A DNA stretch of 64,000 bases from a virus. Lineage: Duplodnaviria; Caudoviricetes. Positions 13,901-23,509 of the stretch are shown here, one piece after another. The position numbers and the translations under genes are program-made. The stretch is taken from positions 80,871-144,870 of the IMG/VR virus record IMGVR_UViG_3300028805_000060; one strand, 5' to 3'. Under the pieces are notes generated by a model that was given only the letters and a program-made list of their open reading frames with translations, was not told the DNA's origin and did no database searches. Numbering within the stretch: the first letter of the stretch is position 1; each line of letters begins with the position of its first letter.

Positions 13901-16900
13901 TTTTCAAAAACTTTTTTCGAACTAATGGCATCTTGAGAAAGAGAAGTAAAAAATTCTGAAGCATACTGTGCTCCAACAGAAGTTTGGAATCTTTCATTAC
14001 CTTTTATTGAATTAAGGAAGCCTTGTCTGATATTATCAAAAACACCAATTTTATCACGATTTTGTCTTGTAGCGAGTTCTGCTGCTGAAGCAGCTAAACT
14101 ATTCCCACGAGAAGCAAAATCGTCTAAAGTAATGATGTCAGAAGAAGTTTTATCTTCTTCATATAATTTTTGATTTTTCTTTTCAAAAGACTTCATTATT
14201 TTTGTTCGTTTTCTAAAAAGTTCTAATTGTTTTAATAAAACTTCTGTATAAGCTTTTGCTTGCTCTTCTGTAATATTACCTGCAGCAAATTCTGATCTGA
14301 CATTTGCTAATGCATTTGCAATTGTATCTCCATCAACGTCGGCATTAAGAATATCCATTGTCTGTGAATCGACTTGGATTGCGTCACCTAAATTTCTCTT
14401 ACTAGAGGCAAAAAGCTCTGTAATAGGAAGGTTCTGGCCATTCAATAGAGGGAAACGAGTTAAGAACTGAAGAAGTCCTTTTGCGTTTTCTTTGTCGAAA
14501 CCTTCTTTATCAATATCGACGGCATCTATTATCTTTTCGATAACAGACTGTGGAGTATCATCTTCTGAAATTTTTATACCAAGACGATCTGCCTCTCTAT
14601 ACAAACCTTTTTTGTATCCTTCTTCATCTTCTCCTTCTGCTCGTTTGAGCATTTGTCTTAAACGTTCAGTAGAAACTATTCCTACAGCTCCCCTAGAAAG
14701 AATACCAGAATCTCCTCCCGAAATAATTCTACTAAAAGCAGAATGAGATAAACGAGCATTATGAAGAGACTTGTATTTTTCAGATTTTTTATTATTAACA
14801 GAGTCTCACATATCCTTAAGTGCCGTATAAGCACTTTCGTTCATTTGTTCCTGAATTCTCTCTTTTTGTTGCCTAGTTGTAGAACCCGCTATTTGAGTTA
14901 AACCAGAACGCTTAGAGTGAATAAGACCTTCCATTGCCTTAATATTTTCTAAAGCAAGGAATCCTTCTGCATTATCTTTTGGAACAAGATATTGTGTTCC
15001 ATCTTCATCTTCTACTATCTCAAATGCATCTGAATAGTTTCCAAATTGAATTGCATCACCTTTTATATTTACTCCATTTTCATCAGTATAATTATAAGCA
15101 TAATCTAGGTAAGCATCTTTACCTTCAGATTGAGCTTTATATACCTCTCCGAATATTGAGTTTTGAAAGTCTTCTAGACGGAAACCTCTTCTCCCATTAA
15201 AATCTACTTGTTCTAGACCTGCATGCCCTGCAATTTTTTCATTGCTTCAAGGAATAATAACTCCCTGCTCACTTGCTATTTCGTCGGCAGTCTTTTGACT
15301 CCCTCTAATAATGTCATCAACAAGATTTACCGATCTTCCTCCTTCTTCTTTCGAAAGATCTAAGTTATTTTCATACACTGTTTTTAGAACATTCTTTGCA
15401 ACAGAAGCTGTTTCTTTAGAAATTAATCCTGCTTTGACTGCAGCATCAGCTTCTCTTTCAAAGTCATTTATCATTTTATAGCCCATATTAACAGGACGAC
15501 CACCTTTTCGAGTCGGATCAAAATATGTAGCTACATCCTGAATGTTCCATCTTTCAATACCAATAACTCCACCGTTACTCTTAGTTTGTATTGAATCTTC
15601 TGTAACTTTGAATTGAGAATCTTCGCCAGTCGCATAGACAAAAGCCTTTATAAAATCAAAACCAAAATTTTGGCTAAGTAAATTCTTTTCCTCTTCTGAC
15701 AAAGAATCAAAATTTTTATTTTCTTCAATAACTTCTTTATAAATTTTGTTAAAATTTCCAAAAATAAAACTACCATCTTCTGACATGCCTTTAAAATATT
15801 TATCAACAAAATCACTAGGTTTTATTTTAAGTTTATTTAAAATTGGTTTTAGTTTTTTTGTTGCTTTCATAAAAGCTTCGGTGAAGTCAGTTTTGGCTTC
15901 ATTGTATTTTTGATTTCTTCCTTCTTCACTTTCAGCATTTCTTATTGCTTGAGATCTTATAGAAGTAAATTCATTAATAATAGAAGGAATATTTTCTCCT
16001 AATTTACGAGAACCTGTCTTAAGTTCTGTAATCATATGCACATTCAAAGAACCATCTCGATTAAAAATATCTTTAGGATCAAATCCAGCTTTAATTAGAG
16101 CTTGCGCTAAAATTGCATTTTTTACAGTAATAACTACTCCATGAAGTCCTGATTCTGCAGCTATTTTTTCTCCTGTTTTTAATTGAGCATATTCTTTTAC
16201 AGAAGCAATTACCTCTCCTTCTTCATTTTTTTCGAGATCTACATGATATTTGTCACCTTTTCCTTTTAAGTGAAGAACACTTCTTAATGCTGCTTGATCA
16301 ACATAATCTTTTTGACCCTGAGATAATTTTTCATCTAATTTAGTAATATATCTATCAATTTTTTCGAGCTCTTGATCATTCATTTTAGATCTTTCTTCTG
16401 GATTTAAATATCTTTCAATTAAAGGGTCATCTTTCAGATCCTTTTTATTCATTTTAAGAAGAAGCTCTTTTTTCTTTTGCTCTATTTTTTTTAGTTTATC
16501 TGTATCTAATTCAACTTTATCGATTTCTCTTAAAGAAGTGAGGATATTTTTATTTCCTTTTCGCCCTGAGGTATGACTAATTTGTTCAGATACTAAAACT
16601 TGTTCATAATCTCTCCCAAAAGAAAAATCACTTTCTGGAAAGATCTCATCAAAAAGTTTTCCTTTCTCCTCTTCAGACATTTTACCATTTTTATCTAAAG
16701 CCTTTTTCATGTCTTTCATTCTATGAGCTTTTTGTGCTGCTTGATTCCAAATAGCTGTAGGAATTTTTGATTCACCCTTAATAAAAGACTCTCTCATTAT
16801 TTTTCTAAGATCTTGTCCGCTCGTATGATCATTTGTTTTCGCATGACGAAGACCAACACCTTGTCCAAGACTTTGAAGCTCTACTCCTGTATTTTTTGCA

Positions 16901-18060
16901 TATTCATATGTTTGAGCTGAGACATTCCCAACATCAATTTTAGCAGAGCTCTTTTTTCTACCAATATTTTTTAATCCCATATTACCAGCTTTCGCGCCTC
17001 TGCTCCCTCTTTGAGCAAATTCTTGACCTGGAGTAAGAGAAGAACCATGACCGATAGAGATATTACCTTTTGACAAAGCTGTTTCTGCTATGTTACTAAA
17101 AGTCACAGGGGTTATCTTTGCCATTTTTAATAAATCTGTTTTCATCCCAGCCCAAGCAGGCGATTTAGTAATATAATCATATTGGGAATTACCTTCTATT
17201 CCTTTTATAATTTTATCTGCTTCTTTGGGATTAGTAGCAGCTAAAAAATAAATTGATTTTAGATTAGACTCAATTTGTCTCTTATAATAGATACTGTTTT
17301 CTTTATTGTTATATTTAGCAATTTGGTTAGAATATTCTTCTTGGATTTGCCTGATACGTACTCCAAAATTAAGTCTTTGTGTTTTTAATAAATTTTCATT
17401 AATTTTAGTTATATCAATACCTAATTCTTTAGAGAGCTCTTTTTTAGCCTCATCCATTTCTGCTTTAGTAGCGACTAAAGTATCAACGTTATTTATAGAA
17501 GAAGCGGGATAAAAATATTTTCTAATATCATCCCTTTTTGATTGAGGTAAAGAACCTGTGCTTCTAATTTCTTTATTAGCTTCTCTAATCATTGCTTGAA
17601 TTTTGCCACCAGGTTTACTTATAAGTTCTGCTAATGTATCAAATTCAGCTTCTTGAAGAGTACACCAACCTTCCTCTCCTGTTCTTTTACTTCTATAGTA
17701 AACGAGACTATTAGCTTCTTGGTGTCCGTTTTTAGAAATTATACCTGCTCCTGTCTCTAAGGCAAACCCATATTCAACTCCTAATTCAGGATGCCCTTTT
17801 GGATAAAATACTAATTGATCTTTACTATCATCAATTCCACAATCTCAGTTAAGCGATCCAAGATAAGAATATATATCATTAAGAGAGCGCTGAACAGAAA
17901 TAGCTCTAGAAATAGAGTTCTCTTTAATTTGAGTTAATTCACTTTTAGTTAGCTCTTCTCCCAGAGTAATATCTAAACGAGAAGAAAAATATTCACCTGT
18001 ATAGCTTTTATACTTTTCACCAAGTATTGATTGTATATCACTTATATTTCTTATAGCCAT
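4939..18060 (-). CDS. Giant spliced multidomain tape-measure protein (3825 aa): two-barrel RNA polymerase domain + RecB-like PD-(D/E)XK nuclease + TP901-family tape measure. Exons 18060-10944, 10628-10144, 8814-4939
   Basis: AAAGGAGG RBS before the ATG. Eleven track fragments share one frame; the gaps contain only TGA (about 21), apart from the stops inside the introns. Tape-measure motifs: ELDKAMTNLRIVSG..QIGATTTEVATSANEWLRQG, KDLTSSLKGFKL, AGTRQRNSFVVLL, RVWREGLGFVYEAD and C-terminal YSIG..LLNEFGTEAIV. Confidence 0.88.
8815..10143 (-). mobile_element. Group I intron 2 in the tape-measure gene (1329 nt, carries a homing endonuclease in the P6 loop)
   Basis: 5' exon ends CAGGU and pairs with GCCUG (U.G wobble); P10 UCUUGU pairs with 3' exon ACAAGA. 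P AUCGGUGAAA, Q AAUACCGAGG, R GUAGAGACUA, S AAGUUAUAGUC; P3 AGGAAC/GUUCCU; terminal G at 8815. Splicing restores AG|TRQRNSF. Confidence 0.93.
8994..9995 (-). CDS. Intron-encoded homing endonuclease (333 aa; N-terminal helical repeats, HNH-associated repeat, C-terminal PD-(D/E)XK/Vsr-like nuclease)
   Basis: AAGGAGG RBS. MARFR-W(TGA)-TDEKIELLK; WYDKEVLL..RTP..LPSEITFRRYFGS repeat; SKTEEIISNFL..RFDWKINDKYIEYFG. Flanked by the stem CTATTGTGTTATTT/AAATAACACAATAG. Confidence 0.8.
10629..10943 (-). mobile_element. Group I intron 1 in the tape-measure gene (315 nt, no ORF)
   Basis: Exon GACU pairs with GGUC (U.G wobble). P AUGCUGGAAA, Q AAUCAGCAGG, R UCGACUA, S GAUAUAGUC; P3 GCACUU/AAGUGC; terminal G at 10629. 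Splicing restores KD-L-TSSLKGFKLEATDA. Confidence 0.92.
12150..13240 (-). other. RecB/Cas4-like PD-(D/E)XK nuclease domain within the tape-measure polyprotein
   Basis: Motifs SVT, AETPL, GFSDLF, LSDIKTG (12454-12474) and YIAQVGMY (QxxxY) in correct order. Confidence 0.8.
13900..17050 (-). other. Two-barrel (double-psi beta-barrel) RNA polymerase domain within the tape-measure polyprotein
   Basis: Motifs in canonical beta then beta' order: GSSLTP..SRGAKAGNM (16978-17046), GRDYEQVLVSE (about 16585-16617), LKTGEKIAAESGLHGVV (16132-16182), DGSLNVHM..GSRKLG, ARLSHSAFSRII, LTRFPLL (14443-14463), GDAIQV..NADVDGD (14326-14346), then IGVFDN..LSQDAISSKK. Confidence 0.8.
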
Positions 18061-18075
18061 AATAATTCCTCCTTT

Positions 18076-18144
18076 CTATAGAATAAATAGAGAATTATCT
18101 GAAATTCTCTTACCTGTGTTATTATTTGATATCTTTACTTTCAT
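18076..18144 (-). CDS. Possible 22-aa leader peptide (MKVKISNNNTGKRISDNSLFIL)
   Basis: GGAGG RBS at normal spacing; its TAG is followed directly by the RBS of the tape-measure gene. Confidence 0.4.
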   Translation of the reverse strand: MKVKISNNNTGKRISDNSLFIL

Positions 18145-18177
18145 ATAATCCTCCATCATTTATATCAAATATCTGTT

Positions 18178-18207
18178 AAAAAAAGAGGATTCAGTCTCCT
18201 GAATCCT
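18178..18207 (-). terminator. Intrinsic terminator AGGATTCAG-GAGA-CTGAATCCT-CTTTTTTT
   Basis: 9-bp stem, GNRA loop and U-tract, downstream of the phosphoesterase gene. Confidence 0.75.
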
Positions 18208-18262
18208 GTATTTCATAATACCTGCTAATATCTATTTTTTAACAGATATTTATTGTCTAAAA

Positions 18263-19213
18263 TTAAATAGTTTTATATTCTAATAACTTGTTATGTTGAT
18301 AACATTTTCCATCTTCAATAACTAATACATTGCATACTCCACTGTAAGCTGTGCAAGCATCAATTGCAATAAGATTTGGGGAATAGAAAATATTAAAATC
18401 AATTTCAGTCTTATCTCTTGTTCTTCAATAATCAGTGCCATAGTAATGAACTTTAAATTCAAAACAATGCCAATGGCCACATACTAATATTTTTCCTTTT
18501 TCTTTTTCTGAATCAAATAAACCTCTGTCAAACAAAGCATATGGACAACCTCAAGTTGCTTGTTCAAAATCTTCATTAGATGAATTCGTTCTCCAGTCTT
18601 CTTTTTCAAACAATGATTCATAGTTCGGTTGATACATGTGCATCCCTTTAGGTTTATTCACAGGAATAAAAGCATGACAGAAAATATAATTGTCTAATTC
18701 AAAATAATCATTTCACTCATTAGAATCAAAAATCCAATTTAAAATATCAGTTTTTTTCACTTTATTAACAATTTTTTTCCATATCTTTTTGCCATAAGCA
18801 ATGTCATTTTTTGTAACCCAACTAAAACAATAATTTTCCATTGAATCTATTATTTCTTTAAGATATTCATAATCTGTTTTTAAAGAACTCTCTTCATGAA
18901 GGTTTAACCCTGCTAATTGAAAAACTGTTAACATAGTCCCATTGCTGATATCATAACTATTAGGGAGAGATTTATTAAGAAGGTCTCTCAATAGATATTC
19001 ATGATTGCCTCTAATTAATATTCTTTTTTCTTTTGGCAATGTTCTAACAAAATTTAAAGTTTCTAAAGTTTGATCACCTCTGTCAAAAAGATCCCCATTT
19101 ATAATAAGAATATGTTCATCATTATTAATATCAAACCCTGCTTCATCTAAAGCCTGTTTAAATGGGGTAAAAAAACTATGAACATCTGATGTGATAAAAT
19201 ATTTTTTACTCAT
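18263..19213 (-). CDS. Calcineurin-like metallophosphoesterase (316 aa, TGA=Trp)
   Basis: SDVH, GDLFDRG, RGNHE and, after the TGA, FCHAFIP, TWGCP, GHWH and AIDACTAYSG. The C-terminal catalytic motifs need readthrough. Confidence 0.88.
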
Positions 19214-19251
19214 TTTTCTTCTCTCCTTGGAACCGTTAATTTTGATTACAT

Positions 19252-21528
19252 TTATCTCTCTAAGAATTTTTCTCTTAGAGAGATAATGTCTGTTTTGAAT
19301 GGATATTCTTTTGTTTCTTTGTTATAATAAGTATTATACAATTCTTTACAATATCCATAGAATAAGTTCTCTATACTAGAAGTTAGCATACCTGTTTTAG
19401 TGATATAGCCACATCTTAAAGTAGTCTGTGCTACACCTCTTAATTTTTTCCATAATTTATAATATCCTGTTTTTAATTTTGTCATAAAACCATTCTGATC
19501 TACAAAAACAAAACCTTCGATAAATTCATCGTTATATTTATAATCTTCTTCTTGAGATTCATAATAGAGATTTCTAAAATCTTCCCAAGTTTTTAATTCA
19601 TATAACTTTTGTTTAATAGGGCAACCAATGTAAGTTGCAATATTTTGTAGTCTAGAATAATCTAAAATTTCATATTCTAATTCATTTTTAACCCCATCTA
19701 AAAGAACAAGTTTAGATTCATTATATTTAATAATATGAGAGTCTTTTTCTATATCTATGCATTCAAACACTAAAGAATAACTATCTCCATCCTCATAGGC
19801 TGTTTTTAATAACTTTAATGTTTTTTCATAATAAGGTTTCAATTGTTGCTTAATATATTCAACATAATCTCCACCTGTTGTAGATTTAGAAGCTATAAAT
19901 AAATTATCTTTATTTGGATTATATGAAACTATTGCTAAGAAACCATTCTCCTTTAAATAGGCTTTAACAGGAAAAGCTAGTTTATTTTTCAAAGTAGCTA
20001 ATTCAGTTTCAGGTCTTTCATTAATATTAAAGAACTTTTGATATGACCTTGCTATAATACTATTATTTATAGTATCAATAAATAATCCTCTTGCTAAAAC
20101 GGTCTGTCTATTCCAGTTTCCTTTTAAAAAGGCTTCTCTACTAAAATTGAATGATGAAATACCATCAGATAATGTTTTTTCATTTACAAATTTATTATTT
20201 CTTAAATAGGCAATTGCTTCTTCTACCGTTTTAACTTTTCGTTCTTCTGTAACTAAATTTTCATCTACAGGTTGACAATCTTCTAATTCAATAATATTCC
20301 AGCCAAATAAAGTATTTAAGCCATACGGAATTCTATCCCCAGATTCAGTTATTCCATAAGCTGGAATTATACCTTTAGTTTCTAATTCAACAATTCTTAA
20401 ATTACCACCAAACTCGACTTTACCTTCCAAGTTAAAAACTCTATCGGCAAGTCTGGTTTCAGAATCTTCTGTATTTCTATGCCCATGAATTAAGTATTGA
20501 TTATCTTTAGTTTGACCCATCCAAGATTCAGCAATAGTTAAATAATCTTCATAATTTCCTACGCCTTTAATTATAGATTTAGTAGGAAAATATAATAAAT
20601 TAGTATTTAAATTAGGAATACCTCCATGACAAGCAAGTATTTCTACCCCATTGTACATTATGTGAGAAAATTGTCTAAATTTTCTATACAATTCCCTAGC
20701 AGATTTTTCACTAAATCCTTTGGCAATTAATTCTTTTTTAGTTTTATACTCAAACTCATTTGAATTTGTAGGAGACCCACAACCATAATCATACAAATGT
20801 CTCTCATGATTGCCTTCTAATAAACAAACATTTGGTTTATCTTTAATAGAATTTAAGAATTGTAAAACTTCTACATTCTGATTTCCACGATCAATATAAT
20901 CACCTAAAAAGATGTATTCAGTATCATCTTTTAATCCATTTTTAAAATCTGGATATTGCATTAGAGTATCATAACAACCATGAATATCTCCAACAAAAAC
21001 CAACTTTTTATACTCAGATAAATCAACTGGCTTCTCTAAAATCTGATCTAGCTCATTAGGTTTAACAACAGTTACCCCTGAAGGAACTGACTGTGTAGCA
21101 AATCTAGCATATATATTTTCTATGGCTTTTTGAGGAACTTGTTTGTATTCAGGTCTCATCTTATTTTGAGCAATACAAGTCTCTAAAGGAACATCAGTAA
21201 AATCAACACAATACATCCTATATCTATAAGAAGATGCAAGATTTTTATATTGTTGTATATCTTTTGTCTTTGATGCAGTTGCATCAATAACTGTGAACTC
21301 ACCACGAGACATTCTATACTCAAGAATTTTGAATAATACTTCCCAAGTCATAGATTCATTTTCTCTATTCTGAGATATTTTTAATTCCCCTGTAGGTTGC
21401 ATTTCTAATGAACTGCAATATACTCTTAAATCATCAGGTGAAAGAGTATAAGGTTCTAAATGATGTTCTTTGATCCAAGTCGTCTTACCTGCACCTGGAG
21501 CTCCTCTTAATATAACTAATGTTCTCAC
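19252..21528 (-). CDS. Trifunctional RNA repair enzyme: polynucleotide kinase + metallophosphoesterase + Rnl1-type RNA ligase
   Basis: GAPGAGKT P-loop with SPDDLR and IDAT; GDIHG/GDYIDRG/GNHE/HGH; ARGLF, KFFN, KENG (ligase motif I), EGFV and KLK. Confidence 0.88.
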   Translation of the reverse strand: MRTLVILRGAPGAGKTTWIKEHHLEPYTLSPDDLRVYCSSLEMQPTGELKISQNRENESMTWEVLFKILEYRMSRGEFTVIDATASKTKDIQQYKNLASSYRYRMYCVDFTDVPLETCIAQNKMRPEYKQVPQKAIENIYARFATQSVPSGVTVVKPNELDQILEKPVDLSEYKKLVFVGDIHGCYDTLMQYPDFKNGLKDDTEYIFLGDYIDRGNQNVEVLQFLNSIKDKPNVCLLEGNHERHLYDYGCGSPTNSNEFEYKTKKELIAKGFSEKSARELYRKFRQFSHIMYNGVEILACHGGIPNLNTNLLYFPTKSIIKGVGNYEDYLTIAESWMGQTKDNQYLIHGHRNTEDSETRLADRVFNLEGKVEFGGNLRIVELETKGIIPAYGITESGDRIPYGLNTLFGWNIIELEDCQPVDENLVTEERKVKTVEEAIAYLRNNKFVNEKTLSDGISSFNFSREAFLKGNWNRQTVLARGLFIDTINNSIIARSYQKFFNINERPETELATLKNKLAFPVKAYLKENGFLAIVSYNPNKDNLFIASKSTTGGDYVEYIKQQLKPYYEKTLKLLKTAYEDGDSYSLVFECIDIEKDSHIIKYNESKLVLLDGVKNELEYEILDYSRLQNIATYIGCPIKQKLYELKTWEDFRNLYYESQEEDYKYNDEFIEGFVFVDQNGFMTKLKTGYYKLWKKLRGVAQTTLRCGYITKTGMLTSSIENLFYGYCKELYNTYYNKETKEYPFKTDIISLREKFLER

Positions 21529-21531
21529 TTA

Positions 21532-22038
21532 TTATCTCCTGTCTAACATAATTTCATCAATTGTTTTATATAATTGATCTAACACTTTATCACACTTTTC
21601 AACAGTATCTGTATCTAAGAATACATCTCTTTCTCTATAGCAATCTATTACATACCACCAATCTCAATTTAAATCGACCGTTTTACCATCGACTTCAATA
21701 AAATCAGTCATAGCATAATCATCCATAAAAACAGGATATTCAACGTTTTTATATATAAATGTTCCGATGCAAGGGAATGTATTCTCTGGTGTATCATATG
21801 CTGAAACGAATTTATCAGCTTTTGTCGAATCTATTTCTTTATAATATTCGGGGAAATCAAATAAAAGGCTTCTCATGTCTTCATATACATCAAAACAAGC
21901 ACTTATTTTTTGATCACAAAATTCTATTTCTTTTTGAGAATATTTCTTCGCTATTCAATGTCTCTTTTTATTAAGAATCAAAGAAATTCTGAATAAATAA
22001 GCTTTATAAATCCTTTTTTCAATTTCTTCTTTTGTCAT
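21532..22038 (-). CDS. Hypothetical protein (168 aa, TGA=Trp)
   Basis: GGAGG-ATG at 22038; open through two TGA to TAA at 21532, abutting the ligase start. Confidence 0.65.
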
Positions 22039-22257
22039 AATGAACCTCCAATATTTAAGAAATTAATTCATGAATTTAAAAATTGTTAATTCCATCAATT
22101 AATTTTTTAAATTTTTTCAAGATTTTTAGACCCCATTTTAACGAAGCCTAAAAATCTTGAACTTTAACCTAGGATTATATAGATCTGGGGGCGAACTCCC
22201 AGTTCTACGGTGTACACCTGATGTGTACACAAAAGCGCCTTGATATTATCCTAAAGA

Positions 22258-23199
22258 TTAAATAATTGTTTTAAATGCAACTTCAATCTTGAATGTTTGC
22301 CCTGCATTAGCATTGGTGCAATCAGCATCTTGACCTTCGATCCATACAACTAATGTTACAAAAACATCTTCTCCATTAACTTGGAAAGTGTGTGAATCAC
22401 TTGCAACTTCAGAAGCTACCACTGTATTATTTGAAGCTTTAATTGTTGAATATAAAGTTTCATTTTCAGTAATTGCAGTAGTAACTGGCTTTGTTGCATT
22501 ATCAGCAACATTTGAATAAATACCTACTAATGTAGTTAATGCACCCTCTGTTGCTCCTGTATATAAAGCACAACGAGCAGCATTTGCTATACCATTCATT
22601 TTATAGTAATTGCCAGAAGGAATTGTTTCACCATTATCAATAACTGTAAATACTCCATCTACATAAGAATATGCTGTTCCATCTGAAGTTTCAGTTCCAT
22701 CGCTTGTATATTTAGTGTAGAACTTTAAAATTGATAGATAAACATCTTCTGGTGTTTCTTGTGGTTCTGATAAATGTAAAGCGAAAGTATATGTTGCCCA
22801 ATAACCATTTGAAGAATTTGTTATTTCAATAACTTCACTTCCTGTTTGATCTGAAGATAGTTGGAACTTTGTAGTGTCTTCTGCTACTCCACCTTCACCA
22901 TTATTGATATAGTTTCCACTATTTACAATAGCATTAAATCTTGTTTTACCATCAGCAGTAGATGAAGGGTATAATTTACTTTCACCAAAATCTTCATCTG
23001 CAGTAGCAATATTTGCATAAGTACCACTTGCTGAGTTTTTAATTAACAAGTTTACTGGTGTTGTGGCGGTTAATTCCATACCACTAGCAGTAACTGTAGT
23101 ATTCATTGAGAACCATGCAAAGGTTGATGTTCCTAAAGCAATAAATGCTAAAGCAACTGATAATACAGAAATCATTAATTTTGTTGCAATTTTTTTCAT
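22258..23199 (-). CDS. Secreted protein with a SipW-class signal peptide (TasA/CalY/pilin-like, host-derived moron)
   Basis: MKK-hydrophobic-GTSTFAWFSMN N-terminus and VVWIEGQDADCTN C-terminus; has its own promoter and 3' structure. Confidence 0.72.
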   Translation of the reverse strand: MKKIATKLMISVLSVALAFIALGTSTFAWFSMNTTVTASGMELTATTPVNLLIKNSASGTYANIATADEDFGESKLYPSSTADGKTRFNAIVNSGNYINNGEGGVAEDTTKFQLSSDQTGSEVIEITNSSNGYWATYTFALHLSEPQETPEDVYLSILKFYTKYTSDGTETSDGTAYSYVDGVFTVIDNGETIPSGNYYKMNGIANAARCALYTGATEGALTTLVGIYSNVADNATKPVTTAITENETLYSTIKASNNTVVASEVASDSHTFQVNGEDVFVTLVVWIEGQDADCTNANAGQTFKIEVAFKTII

Positions 23200-23303
23200 A
23201 CTGTTGTAATCTCCTTTAATTTTTGAAATTAATTTAAACTAATATACTTTTACGTTTCTGATTAGTTAACAGCATGACTCCTGTTTTTAAAGCAGGCAAA
23301 ATT

Positions 23304-23332
23304 ATTTTATATTATTTTTTATAACAAGTCAA
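23304..23332 (-). promoter_or_regulatory. Sigma70/sigmaA-type promoter of the SipW-signal gene
   Basis: TTGACT-17nt-TAAAAT about 105 nt upstream of the ATG. Confidence 0.65.
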
Positions 23333-23509
23333 GTAATAATAAACAAAAATGTTCTACTCGATTTTACAACTGCCACGCTTAGGGAGGGGCATCTCCAGAT
23401 TTCAAAATATGAATTATTTTAGAACATTATCGAAAATTACTGACAAAATAAATATTAAATATCTATGTTTCAAATAAAAGCTTCCTTTTATTTTATAAAA
23501 ATGTTAATT

